Source of the DNA: Ptychomitrium polyphyllum
Taxonomy: Eukaryota
Length of the DNA: 64,000 nucleotides
NCBI GenBank assembly: GCA_973851085.1
Contig: OZ316775.1
Location: 19,096,001 to 19,160,000, forward strand
Direction of reading: 5' to 3'
Shown here: positions 38,003-51,200 of the stretch, piece by piece
Numbering within the stretch: the first letter of the stretch is position 1
Layout of the letters: each line of letters begins with the position of its first letter
Program-made: the position numbers and the translations under genes
Notes under the pieces: model-generated
What the model was told of the DNA's origin: nothing
Seen by the model: only the letters and a program-made list of their open reading frames with translations
The model's database searches: none

Positions 38003-39732
38003 TAAAGGAGTCAGTCTAATTATCTAGTTCATATTGATCATTATTTACATATAAAACTTGTTCTTGTTCCTTCTACAATGTACACAATCAAAAAAAGACA
38101 TATAGTCTATGATTTAGAATTTTATACTTGATTAGTTAAAAAAGATATCAGCAAGGAAGGGATTGAAACAATACTTAAAGATTAAGCTCTAAGAGGTATT
38201 AATCTTTATTTAAGTCTAGGAGTTGCAAGTCATTTGGAAAGAACCAATAAAAAGAGAGTAATAAAGATGCACTTATCATGTACACCACTTCAATGCCTAA
38301 TGCCATCTTTGAACATGCTTGTTGCGTGAAGCCAAGCATCAATAACTCAAAGTGGTTGCTTTAGACATTGATGCTAGCATGAAGTGATTCACGAAAGATT
38401 TCTCAAGATTGAACTCCAAATGCTAGGATCTTGTGCAATGGCACTTGCATTGTTTCTTTTGATATGTCATAACTGAAGACCTTTCCAGAAATATTTTCCT
38501 CCACAAGGAAGCAACCACTAGAAGAAAACACACTTAATGGCACATGTAACATTCAATTGCATACACTCCTGTATGTACGCAGTGGTTCTAACTCACAACT
38601 TCACAAGTGCCTCCTGCAGAGTAGCAATTCTGAGAGCCTTCTCTTCTCTGTGAGTAGCCCTTCCTAACCAGCCGGCACAATTTGCGCTGTCTTGAATACT
38701 CTGTGCGCTGTTTCGTGTACGTCGAAGTTCGCTGGAAACGATTGTTTCACGAAAGGTTGGATGATGTTCTCTAAATAAATCTTTCACAGGGTCGAACAGA
38801 GAGCGTGGTTGCTGGTTGTGCGACGAAGTATCTGCCCATGGAACCCTGTGTGTTTCAATTAGCAACCGTGGCTTTCGTCCTTTCCTCATTGACAGAAGTG
38901 GATCAAGGATCAATCACCCTGTACAATTGTACAACAGTTCTGATCTGCGAATCCATGAACGGGCAGAGTACAATGAATTCGCACGACTTCGAAGCATATT
39001 CGCTATTGTTGAGCTTTTGGTTAACTTAGGATTGGTGGTAAACAAGGAGAGCTGGGGAACTTCCTGCACAATGAGATTAGAGAAAATCTCATATCGGAAC
39101 TTAGATTGTCCATGGAGTCCAAATGGGATAGAACCAGTCGTAGACAGGCGTGTGCAACATTCAAAGCAACGTCGGAAGATTGCGATCACTTGTCCGTGAT
39201 CTGGAGCTTGTTAGGATCGCACCTGTCTGTGTTGCCCACTATGCCATGAAGCTTTCAAGCTTTGTACTTTCTTCCGTTTGTCACCAACCCCAACAAGCCC
39301 AACCTTGCACACCACTCCTGCTTCGTTCAATTGAGATGGAATGGAACTTGTGCTCATTACATTGCGTTTAGAGTCCAGACGTTTAGACGTGGAGAGCATG
39401 AGTACACATGTGTCCCTATAGAGAGACATGGTGAGGTGACAGGTCGACACACATGGAGCCAAATCTTGAGTCTAGCTAGAATTGTTGGTCCTCAACTGGA
39501 AGAGTTTTTCAATTATTACACGAGCTGGGAAGCACATGATTTACTTCCCACAAAGCATTTTCAAGGCCCATGTTTGCATCCAAAAGGAACTAGGCCAAGC
39601 TCTGTGAACAGAAACTGTGTGGCGGAAGAAACCTTACTTTAGAAACAACTGCGTAACACTAACTGAGCTAGGGAATGATGAAGACGAGTGCATGGAGGGC
39701 GTTGATGATAGTGGGCGCTTGCCCCATGATTT

Positions 39733-41733
39733 TTAGTACTGAGAACCAGAGTCGGAGCTGAGCAGATCGGTTATAGACAGATGGGGCATGTCAGATGTAA
39801 GCGATGCTCCTGGCATTGACACCGGCACTTCAGGAACCTCCACATCCCCGGCCAGCACCTGTACTACCTGTCGCATTGAAGGACGAGAAGCAGGGTCTGG
39901 ATGCGAACACAGCAACCCCAATTTCAAGACATGGTCCATTTGCTCAACATCAAAATTCTCCACCAACAATGGATCCGCCACGCTAAGCAAGTTATCCTCT
40001 TTCAAATGCCTCCAAACCATGTCCACCAAAATTGGGTCATCATTCTTCACGACGAATAGATCAAACGCTCTTCGGCCACAAGCCACCTCCAATGCAACTG
40101 CTCCAAATGCGAACACGTCCGTCTTGTCCGTGAATTTTCCACCAGTCGCCTCCGGAGCAATGTACCCAGGTGTTCCAGCAACCATAGTCGTGGCTGCGAT
40201 CTTCTGGTGGTCCACAAGCCGAGCCAACCCGAAATCTCCCAGCTTCGGATTGAACTCTTCGTCCAGCATGATGTTGCTGGACTTCACGTCGCGGTGTATC
40301 ACTTGCTGTCGCCATCCTTCGTGCAGGTAATGCAGAGCTGCTGCGGTGCCAGACACGATCTTCCACCTCACGCTCCACGAAAGCACGTCGTCTGGCGTCT
40401 TGGGTTTGAAGAGAGCTTGATCCAGACTGCCTTTAGGCAACAGCTCGTACACCAGCAGGAGCTTGCCTCTGTCTCTGCAGAATCCGATGAGCTCCACCAC
40501 GTTGCGATGTCTAAGCTGGCTGATGGTCTGAACCTCGGCCAGAAACTCCCTTTCGCCCTGCCTAGAGTCGCTGCTCACCTTCTTCACTGCCACTTGAGCT
40601 CCCGTTTTAGGCAGCACACCTCGATACACGCTCCCGAACCCACCTGTTCCTAATTTCGACTGGTCACTGAACTGTTTGGTGGCAGCGCTGAGGTGTTTGT
40701 AGGAAATGAAGCCCGGCATTCCAGCCATTTCGACCATTCCTTCTGTATCCCACGTTCCGTTTTGGGCACGTTTCCTCTGCCGATATACAAAAACACCAAC
40801 TGGTATGCTGACTAATAGTACCAGCAAGATCCCACCACATGAGCCAGCAATGAGTCCCACACTCACACCTGACTTTGCAGTTGTGAGAGATGGGGTAGGT
40901 GGAAATTCACTCGGAATTCCAAAGCTTGTGAAAGTCCAGTTGTAAATGTAGTATATTGACCAGGCTTCTCCATGTGAACCCGAGAATCCAATCCACATTT
41001 TCTCGTCAAAGGCGTCATAGAGAGCATAGGAGCAGTTCACAAGAGGGTTTAGTGGTCTGGAAGAGGTGTTTGCCAATCTGACCTGGAGAATGCGTGTTAT
41101 GCCATCGTACTCAATCCATGAATAGAGCACATCCCTGTGCCAGAAAGTAATGCCGGTGGCCTCATGCACATAGGCGAAACAGCTGGGATATATAGATTCA
41201 GGACTTCCAACATCCAGACCCACATGCTCTTCCTGAAGCAAGTTTTGATCAGTATCGTCATTTTTCCAACTATCGAACTCTACAGCCACGACTTTAAGAC
41301 CATCCTGATTCCCGACACTATCGAAGATGCCGAAACGGCCTGCCGGAGTACCCTTCCAAGTATTTGAGTTGGAAATCACGAAGGTAAAGCCATCTCCTCT
41401 CATAGCGATCGAACTCGAATTTTTCGGGTCATAGTTCATGGGCTCTTCACGGAAGGTGAAGCTGGTATTGAAGGATGCGACTCGTTTTGTGGTCGGATCC
41501 TTCATTCGAATGGGTGTACTGTAATAGGCCACCCCCAGGACAGATTTCTCAGGAGCCCTTGTGATATTGATTATTGCAATCGTTTGATTCGCTTCAAAGA
41601 ATTCAGCTTCGTCCAAGTACAGTAATTGAGTGCCATTGAGAGGAGTCAGCATGGTGAATTTGCCATGGACGGCAGCGAAGAAGACAAAACTGACCACAAG
41701 CAATATTACGCTGCGGGAAGCAATCTTCATCAT
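39733..41733 (-). CDS. L-type (legume) lectin receptor-like Ser/Thr kinase, intronless, 666 aa
   Basis: Signal peptide; legume lectin motifs (ASFNTSFTF, GDGFTF, VAVEFDS, HVGLDV, WIGFSGS); TM helix; intact kinase motifs GTGGFG, VAVKK, HRDVKSSN, DFG and GYIAPE. Confidence 0.96.
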   Translation of the reverse strand: MMKIASRSVILLVVSFVFFAAVHGKFTMLTPLNGTQLLYLDEAEFFEANQTIAIINITRAPEKSVLGVAYYSTPIRMKDPTTKRVASFNTSFTFREEPMNYDPKNSSSIAMRGDGFTFVISNSNTWKGTPAGRFGIFDSVGNQDGLKVVAVEFDSWKNDDTDQNLLQEEHVGLDVGSPESIYPSCFAYVHEATGITFWHRDVLYSWIEYDGITRILQVRLANTSSRPLNPLVNCSYALYDAFDEKMWIGFSGSHGEAWSIYYIYNWTFTSFGIPSEFPPTPSLTTAKSGVSVGLIAGSCGGILLVLLVSIPVGVFVYRQRKRAQNGTWDTEGMVEMAGMPGFISYKHLSAATKQFSDQSKLGTGGFGSVYRGVLPKTGAQVAVKKVSSDSRQGEREFLAEVQTISQLRHRNVVELIGFCRDRGKLLLVYELLPKGSLDQALFKPKTPDDVLSWSVRWKIVSGTAAALHYLHEGWRQQVIHRDVKSSNIMLDEEFNPKLGDFGLARLVDHQKIAATTMVAGTPGYIAPEATGGKFTDKTDVFAFGAVALEVACGRRAFDLFVVKNDDPILVDMVWRHLKEDNLLSVADPLLVENFDVEQMDHVLKLGLLCSHPDPASRPSMRQVVQVLAGDVEVPEVPVSMPGASLTSDMPHLSITDLLSSDSGSQY

Positions 41734-42902
41734 TGCCTTCTCATTTCCAGAAGATAGAATTCAAAATCTGCAATTAATCCTAATGTCATCAGCCAAATAA
41801 CATATTTTGTCCTAGGGCAATGATAATAACAACCACTCTCCCATTATTTGGCAAAATGAACGTGTATGAAGCGCATCCCGAATACTTACAACAAGTGCAT
41901 AGAGCACGATATCATTCAATAGCATATAGTAAGAACCTTACCAACAGATGCAATAGCACGTTGTGTACACCGTGGGTTAGACTAAGTACACGTTTATCCA
42001 TCACAAAATCTCAAATCGAGCAGAAGGAAAAGCGATGCTCATTTCAAATGAATCTAAAAGAGGATTACTAAACCACACTGACTATCTCTCATCTTAAGCG
42101 TGCCTACAAACGTACCGCGATCTTGAAACATTCTAAACCCTCTAGTAGTTGATGTGCTTACAGCGTAATTGCACAAAAACTCTGAAGTTCAGCGGAGTAC
42201 CTACATCCAACAGACCACCAGTAAAATATTTCAAGAACGTTACTCTCAGTCTATTCTCGCAGAACCCCAATTGAAGAGGCTGACGTTAGTCCAGGAGCCT
42301 ATAGAGAAGAAACCATCAAGGTAAGTGGATAGCAAGTGTCTTCCGTGCAATTATTGGCCATTACTGTAACTCAGTGTACAATATTATTCTTGTGGCTTAG
42401 AATGTAAGCAATCCAGCCCATCAGGAATGGCAGACAAAGTGTTTCTTAGTCGTTGTTAATGGACCCATATAGTAGGCCCTCATATACTGTGGTCCAGTCC
42501 ACAGAGCCAAGCCCCTTCCCTCAGACTACAACCTCAGAATAGAATATTGTTGCTAATCATGAAGGCGGTAAACAGTATCCTCACCAAGAAACACGTACTT
42601 TCGAATCATCTTTAAACACATACATTTGATTAGGAATATCTATAAGAAAATAAACAATAATTTGGCCAAAAAATATCAAACATCTGTTGCCTCTGAAACG
42701 TCTTCATTTTCCTAAAAGCATCCACAGTAATCACTACTAATTCACATAAATATACTTGTCTCCAGTACAGAAGGGGATGCAATCTGCGTCGACAAATTAA
42801 AATAAACCATGATATAAAGAATGGGATAAACGCTGCTCAATACCAATTTTCACTTAGTTGGCTCATTCCAGCAAAAATTCTACATACATATACAAATTAC
42901 AA

Positions 42903-45900
42903 TCACCCAAGGTACCGCAGAAGTACACCATCGTTGCCCAGTACGAAACCCTTGTTGTCGATGAACCTGTACATCAAAATGGGCTTCAATATAAAAGAAA
43001 TGTTCTGCATCGCATGAATTCAAGACTATGTAGCAAAAAAACTAAGAAAAAATCTCATAACCTGTTCACTAGAAATCGGTTTATTAAATTTTCCACTCAC
43101 CATATTAGAATAAAACAACATAATCCAGTATAAACGTCACATCCATGTCACATGAATGCATGAATTGCAAAGACTGCAAGCAGAGGTCTTACTGTACAGA
43201 GTATAAGTTGGCGACAATTTGGTCAGCAACTCCGTCACGGACCCATGATTTTCCTCCATCCGTTGTTCTCAACAAAATGCCACTGCCTCCTGCAGCCCAG
43301 GCCTCATCCTGCAGTGTGAACATCGCCGAGAGGTGAACATCACATACCCCTAGAAAGCATACAAAAATGCATAAAAAACTAACATGCAAAAACGTCAATG
43401 TAATTGCCAAGCGAATTCATGATAGTGCCTGGATTCAAAAGGCTGTTGGTCAATTTAACTTAAGAATTGAAGACTAGTATGAGAGCCTACAGTAACAATT
43501 TGACTAACCTATCTATCTGTCAAAAAACTAATGCAATGGCCGGTGCTGGAAATATCATACAACCATCATTAGCTTCAAGGACACCCATGTTCTTCACAGA
43601 ACTTGCATTTTAAGACGTTTAAATCATGGAAGGTTTTTCCACAACTCCCTATACAATACTATGCAGTGTTGATACACAAGGTATGTAATAGATCTATATC
43701 TGAAAGGTAGAGAAATTTACCTTTGACCGATAACCAACATCCAAAATCCCAAATCCTCTGCTAGGAATTTTCTGTTCATCAAAATCTTCTGTCACCAGTA
43801 ATTACATCAACAACTCAAAAAACTGATCGAGTTCTACCAATAGCGATTATTGATCCTGATTCTCCGCTGATTCAGAGTTCCGTTTCTACTCCATTTCCAC
43901 GCACTTTGTGCTGGATAAGGGCTAATCAAAAGCATATTCTTTAGATTGTTTAGTACCTATGGAGTTAGAAACTGTGCTGCGAACTATAGATCAGTTGAAT
44001 AATTCATTGCAAATAATCGACTAAGAAACACGAACTTATGGTGCGATTTTTCTCAGTGACATGCCATTCAATTGCTGAAGTATATGTCGAGCAAATCCAT
44101 ATTAGACTTCATCATACATATCCATGAGGTGAGATCATGTGCTTACACCAATGCCTTGGCTGACGAAAAGTCCTTCTCCACGAACAACCAACCACAAGCT
44201 TCCATCTGCTCTCCATCCCATATTCTGAATTCGGCGTGCACTCGTACGGTTGTGTGGTTGCCAGTAAGGCTGCCGCAGTGAACAAACAATTCATGTGAGT
44301 TTCCACTTGATAAGGTTATTATGCTCTTCCAGGTGCCCCACTTAACACTACAGAATGGTCAAATATCAGAATGATCATCAAAGCACCCTTTGCCCCCATG
44401 TGCAATACTGGACTAAATCGTAAGTAAAAAAAAAAGAAAACCAAATTTACTTACCTGTCCAGGCTCTCACGTCAGGAAAAGTTTCCACGGCTCACAACAG
44501 CAACATAATCACCGGATGGTGATCAGTTCACTGTGTTGAGAGTGCCGGTGTAATAACTGGCTCCGCTGATTCCACTTGACACAGTTCTACAGCCAAAAAG
44601 ATATAATTGCTTTACAAGCATTCAAGTGGCAGCTCAAAGTTCTACAGCTCTATTCCCTACTCTCAACTTGCATAATACAAACTTGACCTATTCCTTTATA
44701 TAGCATGGAACAATCCTTAACCTCCTTCTCTCACACTCCAAAAACTGTAAATTAGACAATATCACCCACATCTAACTCTGACCATATTAACATGAAAATG
44801 TTACCTGTTCAGTGTGGCTGAAACAGTTTCTTCCACAGCGGCCTTCCAGTTGTACCCATTATTTGATGTAACGTAAATAGCTCTCTCACCAGTAACCATT
44901 TCTGCACTCTGCGGCCCAATACCCCTGATCACGACCTACATAGTACATACCACTTGTCAGAAAATAATGTCCATTAAAGCCATGCACAGTTTTGTGACAA
45001 GAAAATCCTCAGCCAGACATCATTTCTTATGCGGCTTTAGAATCATCAAAGCAAACACTTGAGTTCTTTCGCATTTCGACACACGAAAGAAAGATTAAGA
45101 TTTCAAAGTCACAGCACAAGTAGGATACATTACAGGATTTCCAGGAAGACGAATACCTAGGGGAATGCGCTCCCAGTTCTCTCCACCGTCAGTGCTGTGG
45201 AGAAGAATCGCCGGCTTGCCAATAATCCACCCTTCCTTCCCTTGAAAGCTTATGCTGTTAAATCTGTAAGAGCCCTAAAACAACGTCGAAAGTGTCTCTT
45301 GTCCATCAGGACAACCAGAAATATCAAGCATTGTCAATACGTAGAGGAGTGGAACTACTGATCTCCATGCTTTCATGGTACATATATTTGCTGCGTGACA
45401 TTTTATCCAGGAAGGCCTTTGTCTCAAATTCCTGAACAGAACCGCTAAAGGCGATATTAGTTATATTGGCAACTTTCAGTGATTCTGGAAGAAATGTAGA
45501 AAATCTTCACAATGCAAATTCTACGTGCAATTCAAACATTTTAAGTTTTTAGCTGCCATTCTTACATTCTAAGCTGCTCTATTTGTCAATGTATAATGTA
45601 TACCATGACATGGTAGTTTTAATTGCAGCCATAGAATAGAAACGCACTTTGGTCACAAGTAGGGAACACAGTTTGCAATGTGAAAACTACCCATATTATG
45701 TTGCTAAGTTCACACCTGTAATTGAAATCCTCATCCTCGGTAGACGGGATCCAATAGCATTGCACTGACAGGTTCAGTTCAATGATTGCAAAGAGAAGTA
45801 GAGAAAGGAAAAGACGAACTGCGATCAGGCTGCTGAGGAACAAACGCCACATCCAGCAACACCACACCCGAGTCCACAGGGAGCGTGACCTGCTCCCAGG

Positions 45901-46234
45901 TGGAGATGGTCTCATCCGCAACCGCTACTCCATCTCCATCACTTCCACTTCCCAACAAGCTCCCGAGCGACAAAGTGGTCGTAGCCAACACGGTCCTCCT
46001 GCTCACCACCCCCACCCCCTCACCATCCCCCTCCAGCGACGCCACGCATCCCTTGGACGCGCATTGCCCCACAGCTGCCGCATCCTCAGCCTCCCCCTTC
46101 ACTAAGTCTCCCCAGGAGCTCGAGCCGGCGCAGCACGACGACGACGGCGGTGCCCTCGCAGTCCCCACCTTGACTAGACGTCCCTGTACGCACGAGCTCA
46201 GCAGCAGCAACGCTTGCGTCACAAGCGCCGCCAT
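42903..46234 (-). pseudogene. HCF136: HCF136/Ycf48 photosystem II assembly factor pseudogene with retained introns
   Basis: Nine recognisable exons ([94 protein letters not shown]). Lesions: TGA at 44523-44525 where homologues have R; a 1-nt frameshift near 44477; TGA at 44467-44469 (W); an acceptor reading TG at 43796-43797; exon 2 lacks the LLGTRQTLLETKDGG-type segment. Confidence 0.92.
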
Positions 46235-46604
46235 CACAGTTCTAGATTTCAGAAAATTGTCTAGAATCGATCGCACGCAGCAAATTTGGCGACAATTGTG
46301 ACTGGGCTGCTAAATGTGCTCGCTTGTGCTGCAAAAAGCTGATACCCGACTCCGTCACTGTATTCAAATCCGGTAGGTACACTTATGTATCTTCTGGGTA
46401 GAGGATTGTGATTTCGGGTACAGTATCGGTTTTAGGAGAAGATTGTTGGGAGTGGGTGCAGCGACGCGGGTGTGGGGCGCGGTTGGGCGCGGTGATGGGT
46501 TTTTGGAGAGTGATGGGGGCTTATCCAGAGTGTAGTAGCGCTGCGCGCTTATAGGGGTTGTGTGCTGATGGCGTTCTCCACGTCCACGGTGGTGGGGTTG
46601 CGGC

Positions 46605-47000
46605 TGTTAGAAGTCTACATATAATTCATCTATTGTTAGCTAACAAAAGAAATATCTAATAGATGATATTAGGTATTAGAAATAATATATGTCTATTGTT
46701 TTAGGAAGGTTATATGACTCCTAAAATAGGAAAATATTAAAAACTTGTATATCTTCTATTTTAAAAAGATTATATGATTTCTAAAATAGAAAAAGATAAA
46801 AATACTATTAGAAAACTTAAGACTTTATCTAAAAGACTTTAAGTTAAGAGGGTGTTGTAGATGTATATAAAAGAGGCTGGATGTATTATTGTATATATTG
46901 TAAGTTTTAAATAGCTTATGTTTGTTATATTTCAGTAGCAACCATATGAGTGGTAGAGTGGGACTTTTTTACATTTGACGACATTTTGGCATAAAGAGAG
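46605..47000 (+). mobile_element. Possible degenerate LTR fragment between HCF136 and the PPR gene
   Basis: Abrupt GC-to-AT switch at TGTTAG (46605), an internal direct repeat (TCTATT..GATTATATGA..CTAAAATAG) and TATATAAA. It ends ...ACA followed by TTTTGGCATAAAGAG, resembling a decayed tRNA-Met PBS (TGGTATCAGAG). Confidence 0.4.
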
Positions 47001-48266
47001 AGTTGGATCAATATTACTTTGGAATGTTTTAGTGTTGATTTATTAGTTTGTTTATGGATTAAAATTAAATCCAAGGATATCCTTTGAAATTGTGGATTTC
47101 ATTTTAGTTGTCCAAAAATTTAACTACAAATTACTTAATGGATTTAATTTTGCACAACTAAAAATTGTATCCATTAATTGCAAGGGAACAAAGCACAAAT
47201 GTTACAAGGGCAATATATCTATGTGAGTGATAAAAACCAATAAGCATATGCCAAACAACAACCTTACTCTTTTCACAGATTGAAGAACTTTTATTGTTGT
47301 AACACTAACATTGGTAGAGACACCTTGGCCCCATGTCTTACCACACTCCTAAATTACACTAAATCTTTTCCTTCAATGTAAAAATTACCCCCATTGCCTA
47401 TCCAAAACCACATTGTTTATTTAAACACTTTTACTCACACTAAAACTATACCTTTTTCTGCAAGATGAACACTTTTTCTGTAGAATGAACACTATCGACA
47501 TCGTTTTCACACAACACAACCTTCAGAAACATAACGGGTAAAATAAAAGTTGTGAGTGAAAAGTTATGGTCTTTGTACGCCAATTACTGTCCGACATACT
47601 ACACGAACAAAACAGAGTCCAAACATTCACATGAACTCGTTGGCGATGAAGGATCACCAGGCGCATGGGATGTGCGGTGGAGTTTCAAACAGGGCTACTG
47701 CTAGCGCCGTGCGAAGCTACGCCGCGCGATTTCCTCTCGTTGCCGGAGCCGACGTGGCCAAAACGTGGATGGAACGGGGATCGCGGTGTGAACGCGCCTG
47801 GTCGGACGAGGGAGTGGGCAGCGGAGTGTTCGGCCGAAACTGGATCTTTGCAGAGAGAGATCATGAATCACAGCTGCACAAGAATTGGGGTTTTGGAGGA
47901 AGGCGCTAGTTTTGTGATTGGGAACCACGGGTGTGGTGTTCCGGAAATCATCAGGGGAGGTTTTGAGAGAGTGAAGTGGAATGCTGTGTCGTGGTTTCGG
48001 ATATGGGACGAGGAGGGTGTTCGTGACGGATGGTTGCGGTGCTTGGTAGGGGGAGATGGGGTTGGCGGAGGGTTGCTTGTGGGGGGGTGTGTGGTTCCCT
48101 CGTCTACGCGCGGGCTTTGTTGTGTGCAGGTTGCGGGGGCACCTCGGGAGAAGGTGAAGCGGAAGCTTGTGAGAAGTTTTTAGGTTGAGGTGTGAGGTCA
48201 TGGTCATGGGGCGTGGGGGTGGACTGCAGAAGCTTCCTCGGTGAGTTGAAGAGGGGGGAGTTCGCC

Positions 48267-51200
48267 ATGGCGGGGTCGACGTCGGTAAACGGCTTCCACT
48301 CCAGCTCGCTTGTACAGAGGGATGGGAGAATCTGTCCGTCGGGGTTTCTGGGGGCTGAAGTGTCTGGATTTACGAGCTGCAGGCGCCTGAGAGTTAGGAA
48401 GAGGGTGGTGAATCACGAGAGCGTTTCGGTTAGGTTCACGTGGTTTGTCGAGGACGGGGCTCACAATGTCAGGGTTGCGAGGGCGCGCGCGGTTGAATCC
48501 GTGGAAACTGCTTCACCAGGTATGGAGATCATCCTGTCATGTTTGGTACGATGGGTGCCTTTGATTTTTGAAGCGAATTCCGAAGTTTTGCTCAAACGGT
48601 TCATTGGGTCGTTTGCGAGGGGCTTCGAGCACCACTAGGCTGTCGTTCTCTCGAATTTGATTCGCTGCATCGTTGTTGCCACTACATAGGAAGAATTTGC
48701 ACTGAAGTAGTTATGGGTCTGAAATAAGCTTAGGCATGGAAATCCTAATTTGTTACGTGAGGGACGAGTATCAATTGTTGGCTGTATATGCTCCTACTTT
48801 TTTCAAATTCATTTCGTGGTGCTCCATAAACATACGGTTGTTGGAAATCGAGTGTAAATTGGGACAATAACATATGATGTGTTGACAGATTCAAGTTGGG
48901 ATGATACGCGGTCTGCAGTACAGCCGAAGGGAGATAGGAGTAGTATGCGGCAGAGGCGAAGTTCGAACGGGAAAGCAGTGTCACGGTATGTACGCCAGCT
49001 CGCTGGAAAAATGGGTGAGGACCAGTCGCAGACTGGAACCAAGGTCAAAGAAGATTCTGCATCATCGGATGAAGGAAATTTGCCTGAGCATCGTACAGGA
49101 GAAGACGTCAAGCTCACACTTCAAAGAGTGCTTGAAGCTCGTGCTCTTTTGGCAAACAAGCTGGAGAATGATGCGAAGGATATCTCGACTTCAACCTCTT
49201 TAGAGACTGTTCAAGAAGACGTTAACACAAAGAATACAATCAATATGGCACGCGAGGTTTTGGCAGGGTTTAGGAAAGGGTCAGTAGATAATGGTCGAGT
49301 ACCGGAAGAGAACACAGCGGATGATGGGAACGGGGTGCAAGATTGGAGTGCAAGCCTGATACGCAGTGGCCTGTCGAAGCCATTGACTGCGAAAGGAAGT
49401 CCATGGAGACGAGACCTTGGGACTGTACACGATTTGCACGGTTTGACTGATCAACCTGATATTGTCCGGAAGGTTGGTCCAGTAACCGAAAGCTTTACCA
49501 CTTTGTGGTTTATCACTGCCGTGTTGTCGTCTGAATTATATCATTTATTCTCAATGTATTCTAAAGTTTAGGATCCAAGTTTCCTTTACTGATAAATTCT
49601 GTGTCCAGGTAGTGGGAGCATTATCTGGATTGCGCAGTCATATTACAGTTGTAAACACCATGAATGGCTACGTGGGGCAAGTGACTGTGTTAGACCTACA
49701 TCAAGTATTATATGTGCTTGGGGTCATGAAGGAGTGGCTCACTGCGTTGCAGGTCTACGCTTTACCTTACAGAGTTTTCTAATGTTCTTCGAGTGTGAGG
49801 TTTAGAGGTCTTGTGAAATTGGGCCACAGTGATAGTCTTTGCGAATAGTTGGAATGCGCAAAAGGTTACCTAGTTCTTGCTTCATTACTTTGGTGTTGCT
49901 TATTTCCCTTTAGAGTTATACTCTGATGGAGAAACAGCTTTACTCGTCCTTCAGAAATCTTGCTTTGTCTTAGTGTTGGGTCATAAAATTTCATGGAGAA
50001 TAGAATTTTACCTCTGTCATTGGTTCCAACAGGGTGGGGGTTAAAAGTTAGAAGTAAAAAATCTCATGAAGCTCACAATCTCACGATCTTTTGAAGGACC
50101 TTATTTGTTAAGTTGGTGAAGTTTTGAAAAAATGAAAGCGAAGGAGAAGATTGCTTAACGTTTGTCTGATTCCAGCTCGTGGATCTATATCCAGGTTTTT
50201 CAATGGATGCAAACCATGCCACAGTATAAACCCGATGAGTTGGTATATCGAACTATAATCAATGTTTTGGTGAATGCTCGAAGGATGAATGTTGCAGAAG
50301 CAGTTTTCGAGGAATTTGTACAAAGTGGGATGGGGCCGAGTCATGATGATTATGTTATCCTCATGTCTGGTTATACCAAATGCGGCAGCTTACAGAGAGG
50401 CATTGGCATACTGCAAAAAATGAAAGACGCTGGCATTCGCCCTTTAGTCTTAGCTTATAATGTACTTTTTGATGGATGCAATAGGTCAATTAGAGGTTGC
50501 TCTCTTACCTGTTCTTCTGCTATTCTCATACTTTTGTACGTGTATATGCTCTCTCTGTACTTTCTAACTTTTACACGAGATAAGATTTTGTACTGTGCCA
50601 AGGATGATCTTTTCCTACAGTGGAAGCCCTTGGATTTGATCCGAGTAATATAGTACCTGCTTTGTCAACTTAGATATTAGTTCTTTAATTTGAAGGGTCT
50701 CTTACTGCATATACCTTGATATTGTGATGAAAAGCAGGCTTGGAGATAGCAGCTCAGCTTAGAGATCAGATGAAACTGGAGAATGTGGACCCGGATCGGG
50801 CAACTTACTCATATACAATCAACATGTACAGTCGGAAGGGATTGTATACAGAGATTCTCGACACATTTGAACAAATGCGTTCTAGCAACTTTGTTCCGGA
50901 TAGGAACGTCTGTCATATAGTCTTAACGGCTCACAGCAAATTAGGTGCATCCTACTTCCATTCCTTTCTTTTTAAGTGCTCTTGGGCTGGGCTTTAAGGA
51001 CAAGGTAGAATTGTACTTGACTCTGGTACTACGTATACTGACCTACAACTGTTTGCAATATCCATGAGCAGGTGATGTGAGGAGTATGCTTGACGCACAT
51101 AGACTTCTGATGGATTTGGGACTAGAACAAGTTTCAGTGACATTCAACATAATAATGAATACACTGAACCGTGTGGGTCGTATTCGAGACGTTGAACGTT

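Noticed and set aside
47556..48207. Overlapping ORFs upstream of the PPR gene
   Set aside because: A G/T-rich leader with low stop density and no motifs.
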